From assembly GCA_002269645.1 (NCBI GenBank), contig NIVC01000772.1, forward strand, positions 68,510 to 132,509: a stretch of 64,000 bases of DNA. The letters are read 5' to 3'. This stretch comes from Macrostomum lignano. Its lineage: Eukaryota. How positions within the stretch are numbered: position 1 is the first letter of the stretch; each line of letters starts with the position of its first letter. Below the pieces are notes generated by a model, which worked only from the letters and a program-made list of their open reading frames with translations, made no database searches and had not been told where the DNA came from. Positions 1-12,464 of the stretch are shown here, piece by piece. A program made the position numbers and the translations under genes.

Positions 1-69
1 TTGTGAGAAGTCATGACTGCCTGCGGACACACGATATTGGTCGCCTAGAATTGCTCTGTTTAAAAAGAG

Positions 70-950
70 GAATCGCCCCTCTCTGAGAATCGCCCCTCCC
101 TAAGAATCGCCCTATCATAGAATCGCCTTTCCCTAAGAATCGCCCTATCATAGAATCGCCTTTCCCTAAGAATCGCCCTTCCCTAAGAATCGCCCCTCCT
201 TGAGAATCGCCCCTCCCTAAGAATAGCCCTCCCTAAGAATCGCCCCTCCCTAAGAATCGCCCTCCCATAGAATCGCCCCTCCCTAAGAATCGCCCCTCCC
301 TAAGAATCGCCCTCCCATAGAATCGCCCCTCCCTAAGAATCGCCCCTCCCTAAGAATCGCCCCTCCCTAAGAATCGCCCTCCCATAGAATCGCCCCTCCC
401 TAAGAATCGCCCCTCCTTGAGAATCGCCCTTCCCTAAGAATCGCCCCTCCCTAAGAATCGCCCCTCCCTGAGAATCGCCCCTCCCTGAGAATCGCCCCTC
501 CCTAAGAATCGCCCCTCCCTGAGAATCGCCCCTCCCTAAGAATCGCCCTCCCATAGAATCGCCCCTCCCTAAGAATCGCCCTCCCATAGAATCGCCCCTC
601 CCTAAGAATCGCTCTCCCATAGAATCGCCCCTCCCTAAGAATCGCCCCTCCCTAAGAATCGCCCCTCCCTAAGAATCGCCCCTCCCTAAGAATCGCCCCT
701 CCCTGAGAATCGCCCCTCCCTGAGAATCGCCCCTCCCTAAGAATCGCCCCTCCCTGAGAATCGCCCCTCCCTGAGAATCGCCCCTCCCTAAGAATCGCCC
801 TCCCATAGAATCGCCCCTCCCTGAGAATCGCCCCTCCCTGAGAATCGCCCCTCCCTAAGAATCGCCCTCCCATAGAATCGCCCCTCCCTGAGAATCACTT
901 ATGCTTAGAACGGCCCCTCCCTAATTAATCGGTCTCTCTTTGAGAATCTC
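70..950. repeat. 17-bp minisatellite (aagaatcgcccctccct)
   Basis: About 50 tandem copies with variants. Confidence 0.95.
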
Positions 951-1539
951 CCCTCTAAGAATCGCCGGTCTGTCTGATAGCGCCAACCGTAGAATTGAAG
1001 CTAAAAGGACACACGCATAAATGATTGAATTGGGGGGGGGGGAGAACTGACTGGACTCTGGGAATCCGGATATTTTCGAGTGGAATTCTAGATGCGGGCA
1101 GCTTTAGGTTGTCCAAATTGTCACAGGCCTTTTTTCTCTTCATCACTTGCACTCTCGGCCCGAGTCGGCATCAGAAGGACGCTCGATCTTATCTTTAACT
1201 ATTCTCCTGGAAATTCTGCCGCTTCCTAACTGTCCCGCTATTTATCTATCGATTTTTTTAGTCCCATCGCTATGTTAGATGTTATTCTCTCTCCTAAAGT
1301 CAATGTTTGAGCAAAATGATTTGCAAACTTTCCTATCAGCTCTATTATTTCTACCGTAATCTTACTTAGAAAGTGCATTACTATTGTTACAGTAATTTCT
1401 GAAGAATATTTAAACACCGGGATTGACTTTCTGCTATGGTAAAGTATTCATTCTCTGAAATATAATAAAATGAGATTACTGGGTAATGGGCTGTTGAATT
1501 ATTGACCGTAGTTGGGTAATAATATAATACTTGATTCTG

Positions 1540-2140
1540 TAACACAGCAACTGGATTCTGTAATATTGAAGCAACTGGATTCTGTAATATTACAGTAACT
1601 GGGATTCTGTAATATTGCAGCAACTGGGATTCTGTAATATTACAGTAACTGGGATTCTGTAATATTACAGTAACTGGGATTCTGTAATATTACAGTAACT
1701 GGAATTCTGTAATATTACAGTAACTGGGATTCTGTAATATAACAGTAACTGGGATTATGTAATATTACAGCAACTGGAATCTGTAATATTACAGTAACTG
1801 GGATTCTGTAATATTGCAGCAACTGGATTCTGTAACACAGCAACTGGATTCTGTAATATTACAGTAACTGGGATTCTGTAATATTACAGTAACTGGGATT
1901 CTGTAATATTAGAGTAACTGGGATTCTGTAATATTGCAGTAACTGGGATTCTGTAATATTACAGTAACTGGGATTCTGTAATATTAGAGTAACTGGGATT
2001 CTGTAATATTACAGTAACTGGGATTCTGTAATATTACAGTAACTGGGATTCTGTAATATTAGAGTAACTGGGATTCTGTAATATTACAGTAACTGGGATT
2101 CTGTAATATTACAGCAACTGGAATCTGTGACATTACGGCT
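1540..2140. repeat. 25-bp minisatellite (ctgggattctgtaatattacagtaa)
   Basis: Tandem copies with internal 14-bp palindrome. Confidence 0.95.
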
Positions 2141-2479
2141 ACTGGATTCTGTATATGTCTTCTATATTACGCATATTTAATTACAAGTTCGCGCGGGCTT
2201 GTGCAATTAATAAAGCAATCCCTCACAGCCCGAGCTTCTTAGCTTACATATCGCTGCAGATTCATCTTTTGATTAAGCCATAATTTAATAATAGTATGCT
2301 TTACATGCATTGTATATCAATTTGCAGCTGATTGGTTATTATTGTAAATCTCAGTAAAGGCATTTAGACCGAATGATGATGTCTTACTCTTATTAAAGAG
2401 GAGTAGCGTTAGTAAAAGTGTACCGCAAGTGTACATGTATGCATTTCCAGATGTAAAAACTGTGTACATTTTCTGTTGT

Positions 2480-2900
2480 TTACAGGGTGTGCATTCCAGG
2501 GTGTACATAGTGCGTACGTTGCCAGTGTACATAGTCGGGTATACATATTATGTACATAGTTGGTTTACATAGTGTGTACGTTGCCAGTGTACATAGTCGG
2601 ATATACATATTATGTACATAGTTGGTTTAAATAGTGTGTACGTTGCCAGTGTACATAGTCGGGTATACATTATGTACATGTTGGTTTACATAGTGTGTAC
2701 ATCATCAGGTGTGGATATCTTGTACAGTGCCAGATGTACATATCGTGTACAGTGCCATATGTACATAGTGTGTACATTACCGGGTGTACATAGTGCGTAC
2801 ATTTCCAGGTGTACATAGTGTGTACATTTCCAGGTGTACATAGTGCGTACATTACCGGGTAAACATAGTGTGTACATTACCAGGTGTACATAATGCGTAC
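2480..2900. repeat. ~25-bp TGTACA-rich minisatellite
   Basis: Degenerate ggtgtacatagtgtgtacatttcca units ending just before the TTLL4 acceptor. Confidence 0.9.
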
Positions 2901-2921
2901 ATTGCCGCGCCTCTCCCACAG

Positions 2922-3370
2922 GTGAACCACTTTCCCGGCAGCTTCATTCTAGGCCGAAAGGACCGCCTATGGAAGGGTCTGCAGCGATTGCACGGTCGCA
3001 AAGCGTTCGGCTTCGCCCCCACCACCTACTGCCTGCCGGGCGACCTGAAGGAGTTCAAAGCCGCGTGGGACGCCGCCTCAGTCGGCACGGCGCAGCAACA
3101 GCAGCAGCGCTGGATTATCAAACCGCCCGCCAGCGCCAGGGGCATCGGCATCCGGGTGGTGAACAAGTGGCAGCAGATACCCAAGAAGCGGCCTGTAATA
3201 GTGCAGACTTACCTGTCTCGGCCCTACCTGATCAACGGCAGCAAGTTCGATTTAAGAATCTACGTCTATGTTACTTCGTTCGAGCCGTTGAAGGTCTACG
3301 TGCACGAGCAGGGTCTGGTCCGCTTTGCCAGCGTGCAGTACAGCCAGTCCAGCAAGACCCTTGGCAATAG
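2922..3370 (+). CDS. TTLL4: Tubulin polyglutamylase TTLL4-like, internal exon (TTL catalytic domain; upstream exons not found in window)
   Basis: Acceptor ctcccacag|, donor AG|gtgagg. Encodes VNHFPGSFILGRKDRLW, WIIKPPASARGIGI and KFDLRIYVYVTSFEPL...GLVRFAS, typical TTLL4 motifs. Confidence 0.9.
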
Positions 3371-3471
3371 GTGAGGATTCACCTAATAAGATATTTGCAA
3401 CTGCTCTCTCAACTTCCTAAATAAGTGACTCTTGCGCCACCAAAGTTCACGCGATTCACGCCGATGATGGT

Positions 3472-4570
3472 CCATGAGAATCGGCCTCTAATCTCCATGA
3501 GAATCGGCCTCTAATCTCCATGAGAATCGGCCTCTAATCTCCATGAGAATTGGCCTCTTAACTCCATGAGAATCGGCCTCTTAACTCCATGAGAATCAGC
3601 CTCTAATCTCCATGAGAATCGGCCTCTAATCTCCATGAGAATCGGCCTCTAATCTCCATGAGAATTGGCCTCTTAACTCCATGAGAATCGGCCTCTTAAC
3701 TCCATGAGAATCAGCCTCTAATCTCCATGAGAATCGGCCTCTAATCTCCATGAGAATCGGCCTCTAATCTCCATGAGAATTGGCCTCTTAACTCCATGAG
3801 AATCGGCCTCTTAACTCCATGAGAATCAGCCTCTAATCTCCATGAGAATCGGCCTCTAATCTCCATGAGAATCGGCCTCTAATCTCCATGAGAATTGGCC
3901 TCTTAACTCCATGAGAATCGGCCTCTAATCTCAATGAGAATCGGCCTCTAACCTCCATGAGAATCGGCCTCTAATCTCCATGAGAATCGCCCTCTAACCT
4001 CTATTAAAATCGCCCTCTAGTCTCCATGAGAATCGCCCTCTAACCTCCATTAAAATCGCCCTCTAGTCTCCATGAGAATCGGCCTCTAACCTCCATGAGA
4101 ATCGGCCTCTAACCTCCATGAGAATCGGCCTCTAACCTCCATGAGAGTCGGCCGCTAATCTCCATGAGAATCGGCCTCTAACCTCCATTAAAATCGCCTT
4201 CTAATCTCCATGAGAATCGGCCTCTAGCCTCCATTAAAATCGCCCTCTAGTCTCCATGAGAATCGCCCTCTAGTCTCCATGAGAATCGGCCTCTAACCTC
4301 CATGAGAATCGGCCTCTAAACTCCATGAGAATCGGCCTCTAAACTCCATGAGAATCGGTCTCTAACCTCCATGAGAATCTCTTTTTAAACTCCACGAGAA
4401 TCACCTTCTCAACTCCATGAGAATCGCCTTCTCAACTCCACGAGAATCACCTTCTCAACTCCACGAGAATCACCTTCTCAACTCCATGAGAATCGCCTTC
4501 TCAACTCCATGAGAATCGCCTTCTCAACTCCACGAGAATCACCTTCTCAACTCCATGAGAATCGCCCTCC
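3472..4570. repeat. 23-bp minisatellite (ctccatgagaatcggcctctaat) filling a TTLL4 intron
   Basis: More than 45 tandem copies with drifting variants. Confidence 0.95.
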
Positions 4571-4596
4571 AAACTGCCACCCCATTCTCCGCCCAG

Positions 4597-5136
4597 GTTC
4601 ATGCACCTGACCAACTACAGCGTGAACAAGCACAGCGCCTCCTACACAAACGGAAACCCAACCGGCTCAGCTAACTCTGGCAGCAAAGGCGGCGGCGGCA
4701 GTGCTGATGGCGAAGGCCACAAGTGGAGCCTGCAATCTCTGTGGGCTTACCTGCGCCGTTGCGGCCAGAGTCCCGAACGAGTCTGGGATTCGATCAAGGA
4801 CCTGGTGGCTAAAACTATGATTAGCGGCGAGTCGCATATAGCCGCTCAAGTTCGGTTGCTATGCCGCAGGCAGTACTGCGTGCACGAACTATTCGGTCTG
4901 GATGTACTTTTAGATGACCAACTGCAGCCCTGGCTGCTCGAGGTTAATATTTCTCCGTCTCTGCACAGCAACTCACCGTTGGACGTTCGAGTCAAAGGTG
5001 CCATGGTGACCGACTTGATGAGGCTGGCCGGGTTCCAGCTGCCAACTGGGCCGCCCTGGCCAGATGACTACAGCCCGACTGAGGAGGAGAGAGCGAAGCG
5101 AGTCTATCATACGGAGCAGAAGGCCTGGCAGGATAG
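4597..5136 (+). CDS. TTLL4: TTLL4-like exon (catalytic core)
   Basis: Acceptor cgcccag|G gives a phase-2 join (NR-FMHLTNYSVNK). Contains HELFGLDVLLDDQLQPWLLEVNISPSLHSNSPLD. Donor AG|gttcgt is weak but phase-consistent with the next exon. Confidence 0.88.
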
Positions 5137-5404
5137 GTTCGTTGTCACGGAGTGTTGTGATCCCTGATTGAGGATTTGGGATGTGTTGCGATGTGTTGGG
5201 ATCCCTGAATGAGTATTTAGAATGTGTTGGGATCCTCAATGAGGTGTTGGGATGTGTTGGGATCCCTCATTAAGGAATTGGGATGTGTTGGGATCCCTAA
5301 TTGAGGATTTGGGATCTGGGAGGCTGGCCCAGCAACTGAGGATCTGGGACGTGAGAAAACTCACGCCATCGCGCCACCAGCTCTGCACCCTTCGATTCCC
5401 GCAG

Positions 5405-5681
5405 ACTGGGCAGCCTGCTGGACTGCCTGACGCCGTCCGACATTCGCTGTCTGGCGCACTCGCTGGACGAGTTCGGCCGGGCCGGTGGCTTCCAGCGAAT
5501 CCTGCCGGTTGGCGGGGACCGGGGCCTGCAGTACCTGCGCTACATGGACCAGCCCAGGTACTCCAACCTGCTGCTGCACTGCTTTCTCACCTGTCACGGC
5601 CGGCGCGAAGGAATCGAACTCGTATCGGCTTTATGGCGCCGAGGCGCGCACCTGCCAGGCGGCGCCAGCAGGTCGTCTTGA
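5405..5681 (+). CDS. TTLL4: TTLL4-like terminal coding exon (frame absent from ORF track)
   Basis: Acceptor ttcccgcag|A, phase 2. Reads LLDCLTPSDIRCLAHSLDEFGRAGGFQRILP...YLRYMDQPRYSNLLL, resembling the TTLL4 post-catalytic segment. Stop TGA 5679-5681. Confidence 0.8.
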
Positions 5682-5799
5682 AGCGCGCCGAGAAATGGCG
5701 CCATTGGATGAAAAAGAATCTCAACGAGTTGGCTTCAACTGCGTGAATCCTCAGTGCCGAATTTTCAGATTAAGTGCGACTTGGGATCAGAGCGTGAAT

Positions 5800-6232
5800 G
5801 AGGATCAGGTGTGAATGGGGATCAGTGGTGTGAATGGGGGATCAGTGGTGTGAATAGGGGATCAGTGGTGTGAATGGGGGATCAGTGGTGTGAATGGGGG
5901 ATCAGTGGTGTGAATAGGGGATCAGGGTGTGAATGGGGGATCAGTGGTGTGAATGGAGGATCAGTGGTGTGAATGGAGGATCAGTGGTGTGAATAGGGGA
6001 TCAGTGGTGTGAATGGAGGATCAGTAGTGTGAATAGGGGATCAGTGGTGTGAATGGGGGATCAGGGTGTGAATGGAGGATCAGGGTGTGAATGGGGGATC
6101 AGGGTGTGAATGGAGGATCAGGGTGTGAATGGGGGATCAGGGTGTGAATGGGGGATCAGGGTGTGAATGGGGGATCAGGGTGTGAATAGGGGATCAGGGT
6201 GTGAATAGGGGATCAGGGTGTGAATGGGGGGT
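5800..6232. repeat. ~20-bp G-run minisatellite (gatcagtggtgtgaatgggg)
   Basis: Tandem copies downstream of the TTLL4 stop. Confidence 0.93.
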
Positions 6233-6849
6233 CAAACCAGATTTCGAAACGACCTTTTGCAGTTAGTATATTTTGACACAGAATTCAACTATGATTTGCG
6301 ATGATTTCCTGTCTTTCGAAGGATCCAGTTATCTCGTGAATCTCAGCTTTCCCCTCGGCACTGTGAACAGATCCTAGCCGAGTTATGTGTGATGACCTTC
6401 TCTTGTATCTAAAGGGCTTTCAACCTCTTGTTATTTAAGAAAAGTATGCATTGCAGATTCCAAGTGAATTTTGCTGGTACACGTACGCTCAGATTTTATT
6501 GAATATTTATAACTGTTCTTGCATCGAATTATGTGATTGATATTTTCTCTTCTTGTTTTCCACTTGAGATAGCTTTTACTATATATGAAAGGTATGAGAT
6601 AATGCTTTAAACTTTTTTTGGAAAATAAATTGACGAACTTATAAAAAAGAAGTGCACAATTTACTTACTCAATTAAGAGATAATTAATAATTGTAATAAA
6701 AAACAACCCAGGATTTGACATGAACATTTGATTATATTTGAAGTAAACGCCATGGGTAACTATGCCTCTATTTTAGTAAGTATTCGGCTCGTCACCTAAT
6801 TGGCGCTTTGCTTATATAAGCTATAGGTTGCGAGAGGCTTCAGAATAAT

Positions 6850-7700
6850 TTGGATCCTTGTCTGAGGATTTGGGATATTTTGGATCGGTAACCGAGGATT
6901 TAAGATATTTGGAATCACTATATCTGAGGATTTGAGATATTTGGAATCGCTATCTGAGGATTTGGGATATTTGGGACCGCTGACTCAGGATTCGGGACAT
7001 CTAGGATCGCTATCTGAGGATTTGGAATATTTGGGATTGCTACGAGTTAACTGAGGATTTGGGATATTTGGGATCGCTATCTGAGGATTCGGGATATTTG
7101 GGATCGCTATCTGAGGATTCGGGATATTTGGGATCGCTATCTGAGGATTCGGGATATTTGGGATCGCTATCTGAGGATTTGGGATATTTGGGATCGCTAT
7201 CTGAGGATTTGGGATCGCTATCTGAGGATTTGGGATATTTGGGATCGCTATCTGAGGATTCGGGATATTTGGAATCGCTATCTGAGGATTTGGGATATTT
7301 GGGATCGCTATCTGAGGATTTGGGATCGCTATCTGAGGATTCGGGATATTTGGGATCGCTATCTGAGGATTCGGGATATTTGGGATCCTATCTGAGGATT
7401 TGGGATATTTGGGATCGCTATCTGAGGATTTGGGATCGCTATCTGAGGATTAGGGATATTTGGGATCGCTATCTGAGGATTCGGGATATTTGGAATCGTT
7501 ATCTGAGGATTTGGGATATTTGGGATCGCTATCTGAGGATTTGGGATCGCTATCTGAGGATTCGGGATATTTGGGATCGCTATCTGAGGATTTGGGATAT
7601 TTGGGATCGCTATCTGAGGATTTGGGATCGCTATCTGAGGATTAGGGATATTTGGGATCGCTATTTGAGGATTCGGGATTGCTAACCGAGAAGTTAGGAT
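6850..7700 (+). repeat. 30/21-bp satellite (gggatatttgggatcgctatctgaggattt)
   Basis: Tandem array. Same family degenerate at 5160-5350 and inverted at 19195-20430. Confidence 0.95.
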
Positions 7701-7963
7701 ATTTGGCAGAAAAGCAGGTAGCCAACCTACATTTCAAACCTACAGCTCAATAACTCACCACCCGAAAAAATGTAAAAGGCGCAGAGATAACTGTTTAATT
7801 ACAAGGCGCGAGGGGAACTGAGCACTCACAGTTTGAGCACAACTGACACACCTATTATTAATCAACTACGCACCTACAAGCCTGAGCACCCGAGACAAGA
7901 AAATGCATTAGAAAAATTGCGAGGTACAACAATGCGCATGGATTGGCCAAGGTCACCACAAGG

Positions 7964-8446
7964 TCACAGATCCAGGACGCCCGAATCGGCAGAGCTGGCC
8001 TTCAAGCCGGCATTTGGAGGCGGCGGCGAGATCAAACGGACAGCCAGCCGGCCGCTGTTCCACGGAGCCTGTAGCAGCAGCGGCCGGAAGTCCTGCGGCA
8101 GCGGCCTCTCGACGCCTTCGTCGGTGGCCACCACGAGCTCGTAGGCGGAGGCCGGCGGCGAGTCCAGGCCGGCGGTTTCCACTGCCAGCCGGCAGACGTC
8201 GCGAGCTCGAGTCGTCTGGCTAAGCGACAGAGCCAGTTCGAGGTTGTCGAATTGGACTCGGAAACTGCGAGACTGTGGCTCGGCAGCTGGAGGCGGGGGA
8301 GGCGGTTGCGCGGGTTTCAATGTGGCTACTTGCAGTAGCGAGCTGAGCGAAATGCAGCACCGACTGCCGGCCCGCCTGGAGTCGGCGATGGCGTCGGCGG
8401 TCCAGCCAGCTGCCCGGGTCATGGCCTCGGCCTGGGCCTGCAGCGC
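7964..8446 (-). CDS. ANKFN1: ANKFN1/wide-awake-like, last exon (Ras-association-like domain)
   Basis: Acceptor ctcatccag|GCG, phase 0. SFRVQFDNLELALSLSQTTRARDVCRLAVE...YELVVATDEGVERPLPQDFRPL has the RA/ubiquitin-fold pattern found at the C-terminus of invertebrate wake proteins. Confidence 0.75.
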   Translation of the reverse strand, partial: ALQAQAEAMTRAAGWTADAIADSRRAGSRCCISLSSLLQVATLKPAQPPPPPPAAEPQSRSFRVQFDNLELALSLSQTTRARDVCRLAVETAGLDSPPASAYELVVATDEGVERPLPQDFRPLLLQAPWNSGRLAVRLISPPPPNAGLKASSADSGVLDL

Positions 8447-8519
8447 CTGGATGAGCAGGTTTAGAGTGTACAATTGTCTGCGCTAGAGTCTACTAATAAA
8501 CAGTAGTAACTGAGGAATT

Positions 8520-8568
8520 CCCTAACTAACTAACTAACTAACTAACTGACTAACTAACTAACTAACTG

Positions 8569-8611
<43 letters not shown>

Positions 8612-8632
8612 GACTAACTAACTAACTAACTG

Positions 8633-8711
<79 letters not shown>

Positions 8712-8712
8712 G

Positions 8713-8811
<99 letters not shown>

Positions 8812-8812
8812 G

Positions 8813-8859
<47 letters not shown>

Positions 8860-8864
8860 GACTG

Positions 8865-8895
<31 letters not shown>

Positions 8896-8896
8896 G

Positions 8897-8927
<31 letters not shown>

Positions 8928-8964
8928 GACTAACTGACTAACTGACTGACTAACTGACTAACTG

Positions 8965-8995
<31 letters not shown>

Positions 8996-8996
8996 G

Positions 8997-9052
<56 letters not shown>

Positions 9053-9124
9053 GCTAACTAACTAGCTAACTAACTAACTGACTAACTAACTAACTAACTG
9101 ACTAACTAACTAACTAACTAACTG

Positions 9125-9160
<36 letters not shown>

Positions 9161-9185
9161 GCTAACTAACTAGCTAACTAACTAG

Positions 9186-9247
<62 letters not shown>

Positions 9248-9272
9248 GACTGACTAACTAACTAACTAACTG

Positions 9273-9331
<59 letters not shown>

Positions 9332-9474
9332 GACTAACTGACTAACTGACTGACTAACTGACTAACTGACTAACTAACTAACTAACTAACTAACTGACTA
9401 ACTAACTAACTAACTAACTAACTAACCTAACTAACTAACTAACTGACTAACTAACTAACTAGCTAACTAACTAG

Positions 9475-9521
<47 letters not shown>

Positions 9522-9570
9522 GCTAACTAACTAGCTAACTAACTAGTTAACTAACTAGCTAACTAACTAG

Positions 9571-9616
<46 letters not shown>

Positions 9617-9706
9617 TAACTTAACTAACTAACTGACTAACTAACTAACTAACTAACTAACTAACCTAACTAACTAACTAACTGACTAACTAACTAACTA
9701 ACTAAC

Positions 9707-9744
<38 letters not shown>

Positions 9745-9772
9745 GCTAACTAACTAGCTAACTAACTAACTG

Positions 9773-9815
<43 letters not shown>

Positions 9816-9816
9816 G

Positions 9817-9848
<32 letters not shown>

Positions 9849-9941
9849 GCTAACTAACTAACTGACTAACTAACTAACTAGCTAACTAACTAACTAACTA
9901 ACTAGCTAACTAACTAGCTAACTAACTAGCTAACTAACTAG

Positions 9942-9992
<51 letters not shown>

Positions 9993-10017
9993 GCTAACTA
10001 ACTAGCTAACTAACTAG

Positions 10018-10067
<50 letters not shown>

Positions 10068-10152
10068 TAACTTAACTAACTAACTGACTAACTAACTAAC
10101 TAACTAACTAACTAACCTAACTAACTAACTAACTGACTAACTAACTAACTAG

Positions 10153-10183
<31 letters not shown>

Positions 10184-10232
10184 GCTAACTAACTAGCTAA
10201 CTAACTAGCTAACTAACTAGCTAACTAACTAG

Positions 10233-10278
<46 letters not shown>

Positions 10279-10375
10279 TAACTTAACTAACTAACTGACT
10301 AACTAACTAACTAACTAACTAACTAACCTAACTAACTAACTAACTGACTAACTAACTAACTAGCTAACTAACTAG

Positions 10376-10458
<83 letters not shown>

Positions 10459-10555
10459 GCTAACTAACTAGCTAACTAACTAGCTAACTTACTAACTAAC
10501 TAACTAACTAACTAACTAGCTAACTAACTAGCTAACTAACTAGCTAACTAACTAG

Positions 10556-10605
<50 letters not shown>

Positions 10606-10674
10606 TAACTTAACTAACTAACTGACTAACTAACTAACTAACTAACTAACTAACCTAATTAACTTAACTTAACT

Positions 10675-10707
<33 letters not shown>

Positions 10708-10717
10708 TAACTTAACT

Positions 10718-10758
<41 letters not shown>

Positions 10759-10773
10759 GACTAACTAACTAAC
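8520..10773. repeat. 2.25-kb (CTAA)n microsatellite forming nearly all of ANKFN1 intron 3
   Basis: CTAA units with CTGA, CTAG and CTTAA variants. Confidence 0.97.
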
Positions 10774-11371
10774 CTGCAGCCTTGCAAGCCGCTCTTTAGC
10801 CGCCGCCGTCTCCCGCTGGGCCAGCGCTCTTCGCACGCTGAGCTGAGCCGCTCCGACCAGCAGATCGAGATTGGCGGAGGTGGCGCAGGCGTCGGAGAAC
10901 CAGCGGCAGCTGTAGGTGAGGCCCTGCAGCTGGTCAAAGGCGGCCACCGGCAGCATCACAGTGTCAGCAGCTGCTTCCTTGCGCAGCTCAACTGCTGAAG
11001 CCGCGAACACAGCCGTGTCCTCCCGCGCCGGCAGCAGCAGCAGGTGCGCCACACTGCCGCAGGGCTGGATCACCCGGCCGGTGAACAATCTAAGGCCCGC
11101 ACGCTGACTCGCCGAGAGCTTCAGCCGGTCAGACAGTGTGTCTGCAGCTTCCGTCAGTTGGCTAATCAGCTTCATCAGTGCCGGGCACAGCGGACAAGCA
11201 ACATCGTGAATTCCTCGCAGCAGCCGCATCTCCTCAGCGGTGACGTGCGCGTTCCGGCGGAGTCGAACGCTCGGCAGGCAGTTCGGCGCCCTAGCGTCGA
11301 CCTCCAGGCTGAGTCGTTCGGAGGTGCCGCGGAGTCGCAAACTGCTCAAGTACAGTCCCGGCTCCTGGGCG
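10774..11371 (-). CDS. ANKFN1: ANKFN1/wake-like exon 3
   Basis: EPGLYLSSLRLRGTSERLSLEVDARAPNCLPSVRLRRNAHVTAEE resembles the conserved ANKFN1 EPGLYLGYLKL segment. Phase-2 acceptor tcaag|C (the nearby cag at 11379 is out of phase). Donor CAG|gttagt. Confidence 0.78.
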
Positions 11372-11449
11372 CTTGAGATCTGATTATTGGTGTTGAAAAA
11401 AATTAACTTGTTTCTTGTTTTTAATGTACACCGACTCAAGTTCTGGATT

Positions 11450-11745
11450 CTTTTTCCACCTAACTTCAGCCACCCGCCCGCTTTCCTTCCCTCTCCGTAC
11501 ACTGACAGCCACCACCCCAGTTTTCCTTCCCTCTCCGTACACTGACAGCCACCACCCCAGTTTTCCTTCCCTCTCCGTAAACTGACAGCCACCCCAGTTT
11601 TGCTTCCCTCTCCGTACACTGACGGTCACCCCAGTTTTGCTTCCCTCTCCGTACACTGACAGCCACCCCAGTTTTGCTTCCCTCTCCGTACACTGACAGC
11701 CACCCCAGTTTTCCTTCACCTCTCCGTACACTGACGGTCACCCCA
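11450..11745. repeat. ~37-40-bp minisatellite in ANKFN1 intron 2
   Basis: ctctccgtacactgacagccaccccagttttccttcc, about 7 copies. Confidence 0.9.
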
Positions 11746-11770
11746 ACCATGATCACACCTCGGAACCTAC

Positions 11771-12419
11771 CTGGCCGAAAACGCCACAACCTCCGCCAAC
11801 AGGCGGCCTGTCAAAAGTTCGCCGCCTGACGCTACGGACGCCCATCGACAGCCGGTGGCGGTCAGCGCCGCAGCAGCTTCTTGGTCGTCGGCGGCGACCC
11901 AGCCGACCAGCAGGAGGTGCCGGCTGGTTGCAGTCAGCGGACGAGGAAACGCCAGCAGCTGCAGCTGCGCAGTTCCCGGACAGCGCGAGCCACTCAGAGC
12001 CGTCTGCAACGCCCGACCGGCCTTGAGAATGGCGGCCCTAGCCAGCAGCTGCGGCGGCAAAGCTGTTTGATCTGCATCCTTGTCGTCGCAGACAAGCCGC
12101 TCTAGCCTATCCAACACGGCACCGAAGCAGGGCGAGTCAGTGAGCAGCCGGGACAGCCACGGAAGCTCGCCCTGAGCACTCGCCAGATCGCAACCGACAG
12201 CCGAGTGGGGCAGGACTTCGTCTTTAGTCAGCAGCACTTTCTCAGCGGCTTCGAACCCGTGGCGCGGCTCAAGGAAGACTGCGGCGGTCAGGTAGAGCCT
12301 GTCAGGCTTGGGCCGGCGTGTCAGCTTGGAGTCGCCAAGGCCCGCGAACGAGGCGAACAGGCGGCGAAGACCGCCGGCTCTGTGATGCAAACTCGAGTGG
12401 TGCTCCACGCCGTTGGGTT
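11771..12419 (-). CDS. ANKFN1: ANKFN1/wake-like exon 2
   Basis: Acceptor cccgcccag|AA (phase 1), donor AG|gtaggt. GLRRLFASF...LYLTAAVF...KVLLTKDEVLP resembles the ANKFN1 post-FN3 region. Confidence 0.75.
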
Positions 12420-12464
12420 CTGGGCGGGTTGGGAGCGGGTTGTTTGTTTTCTAATTGGGGCTTG

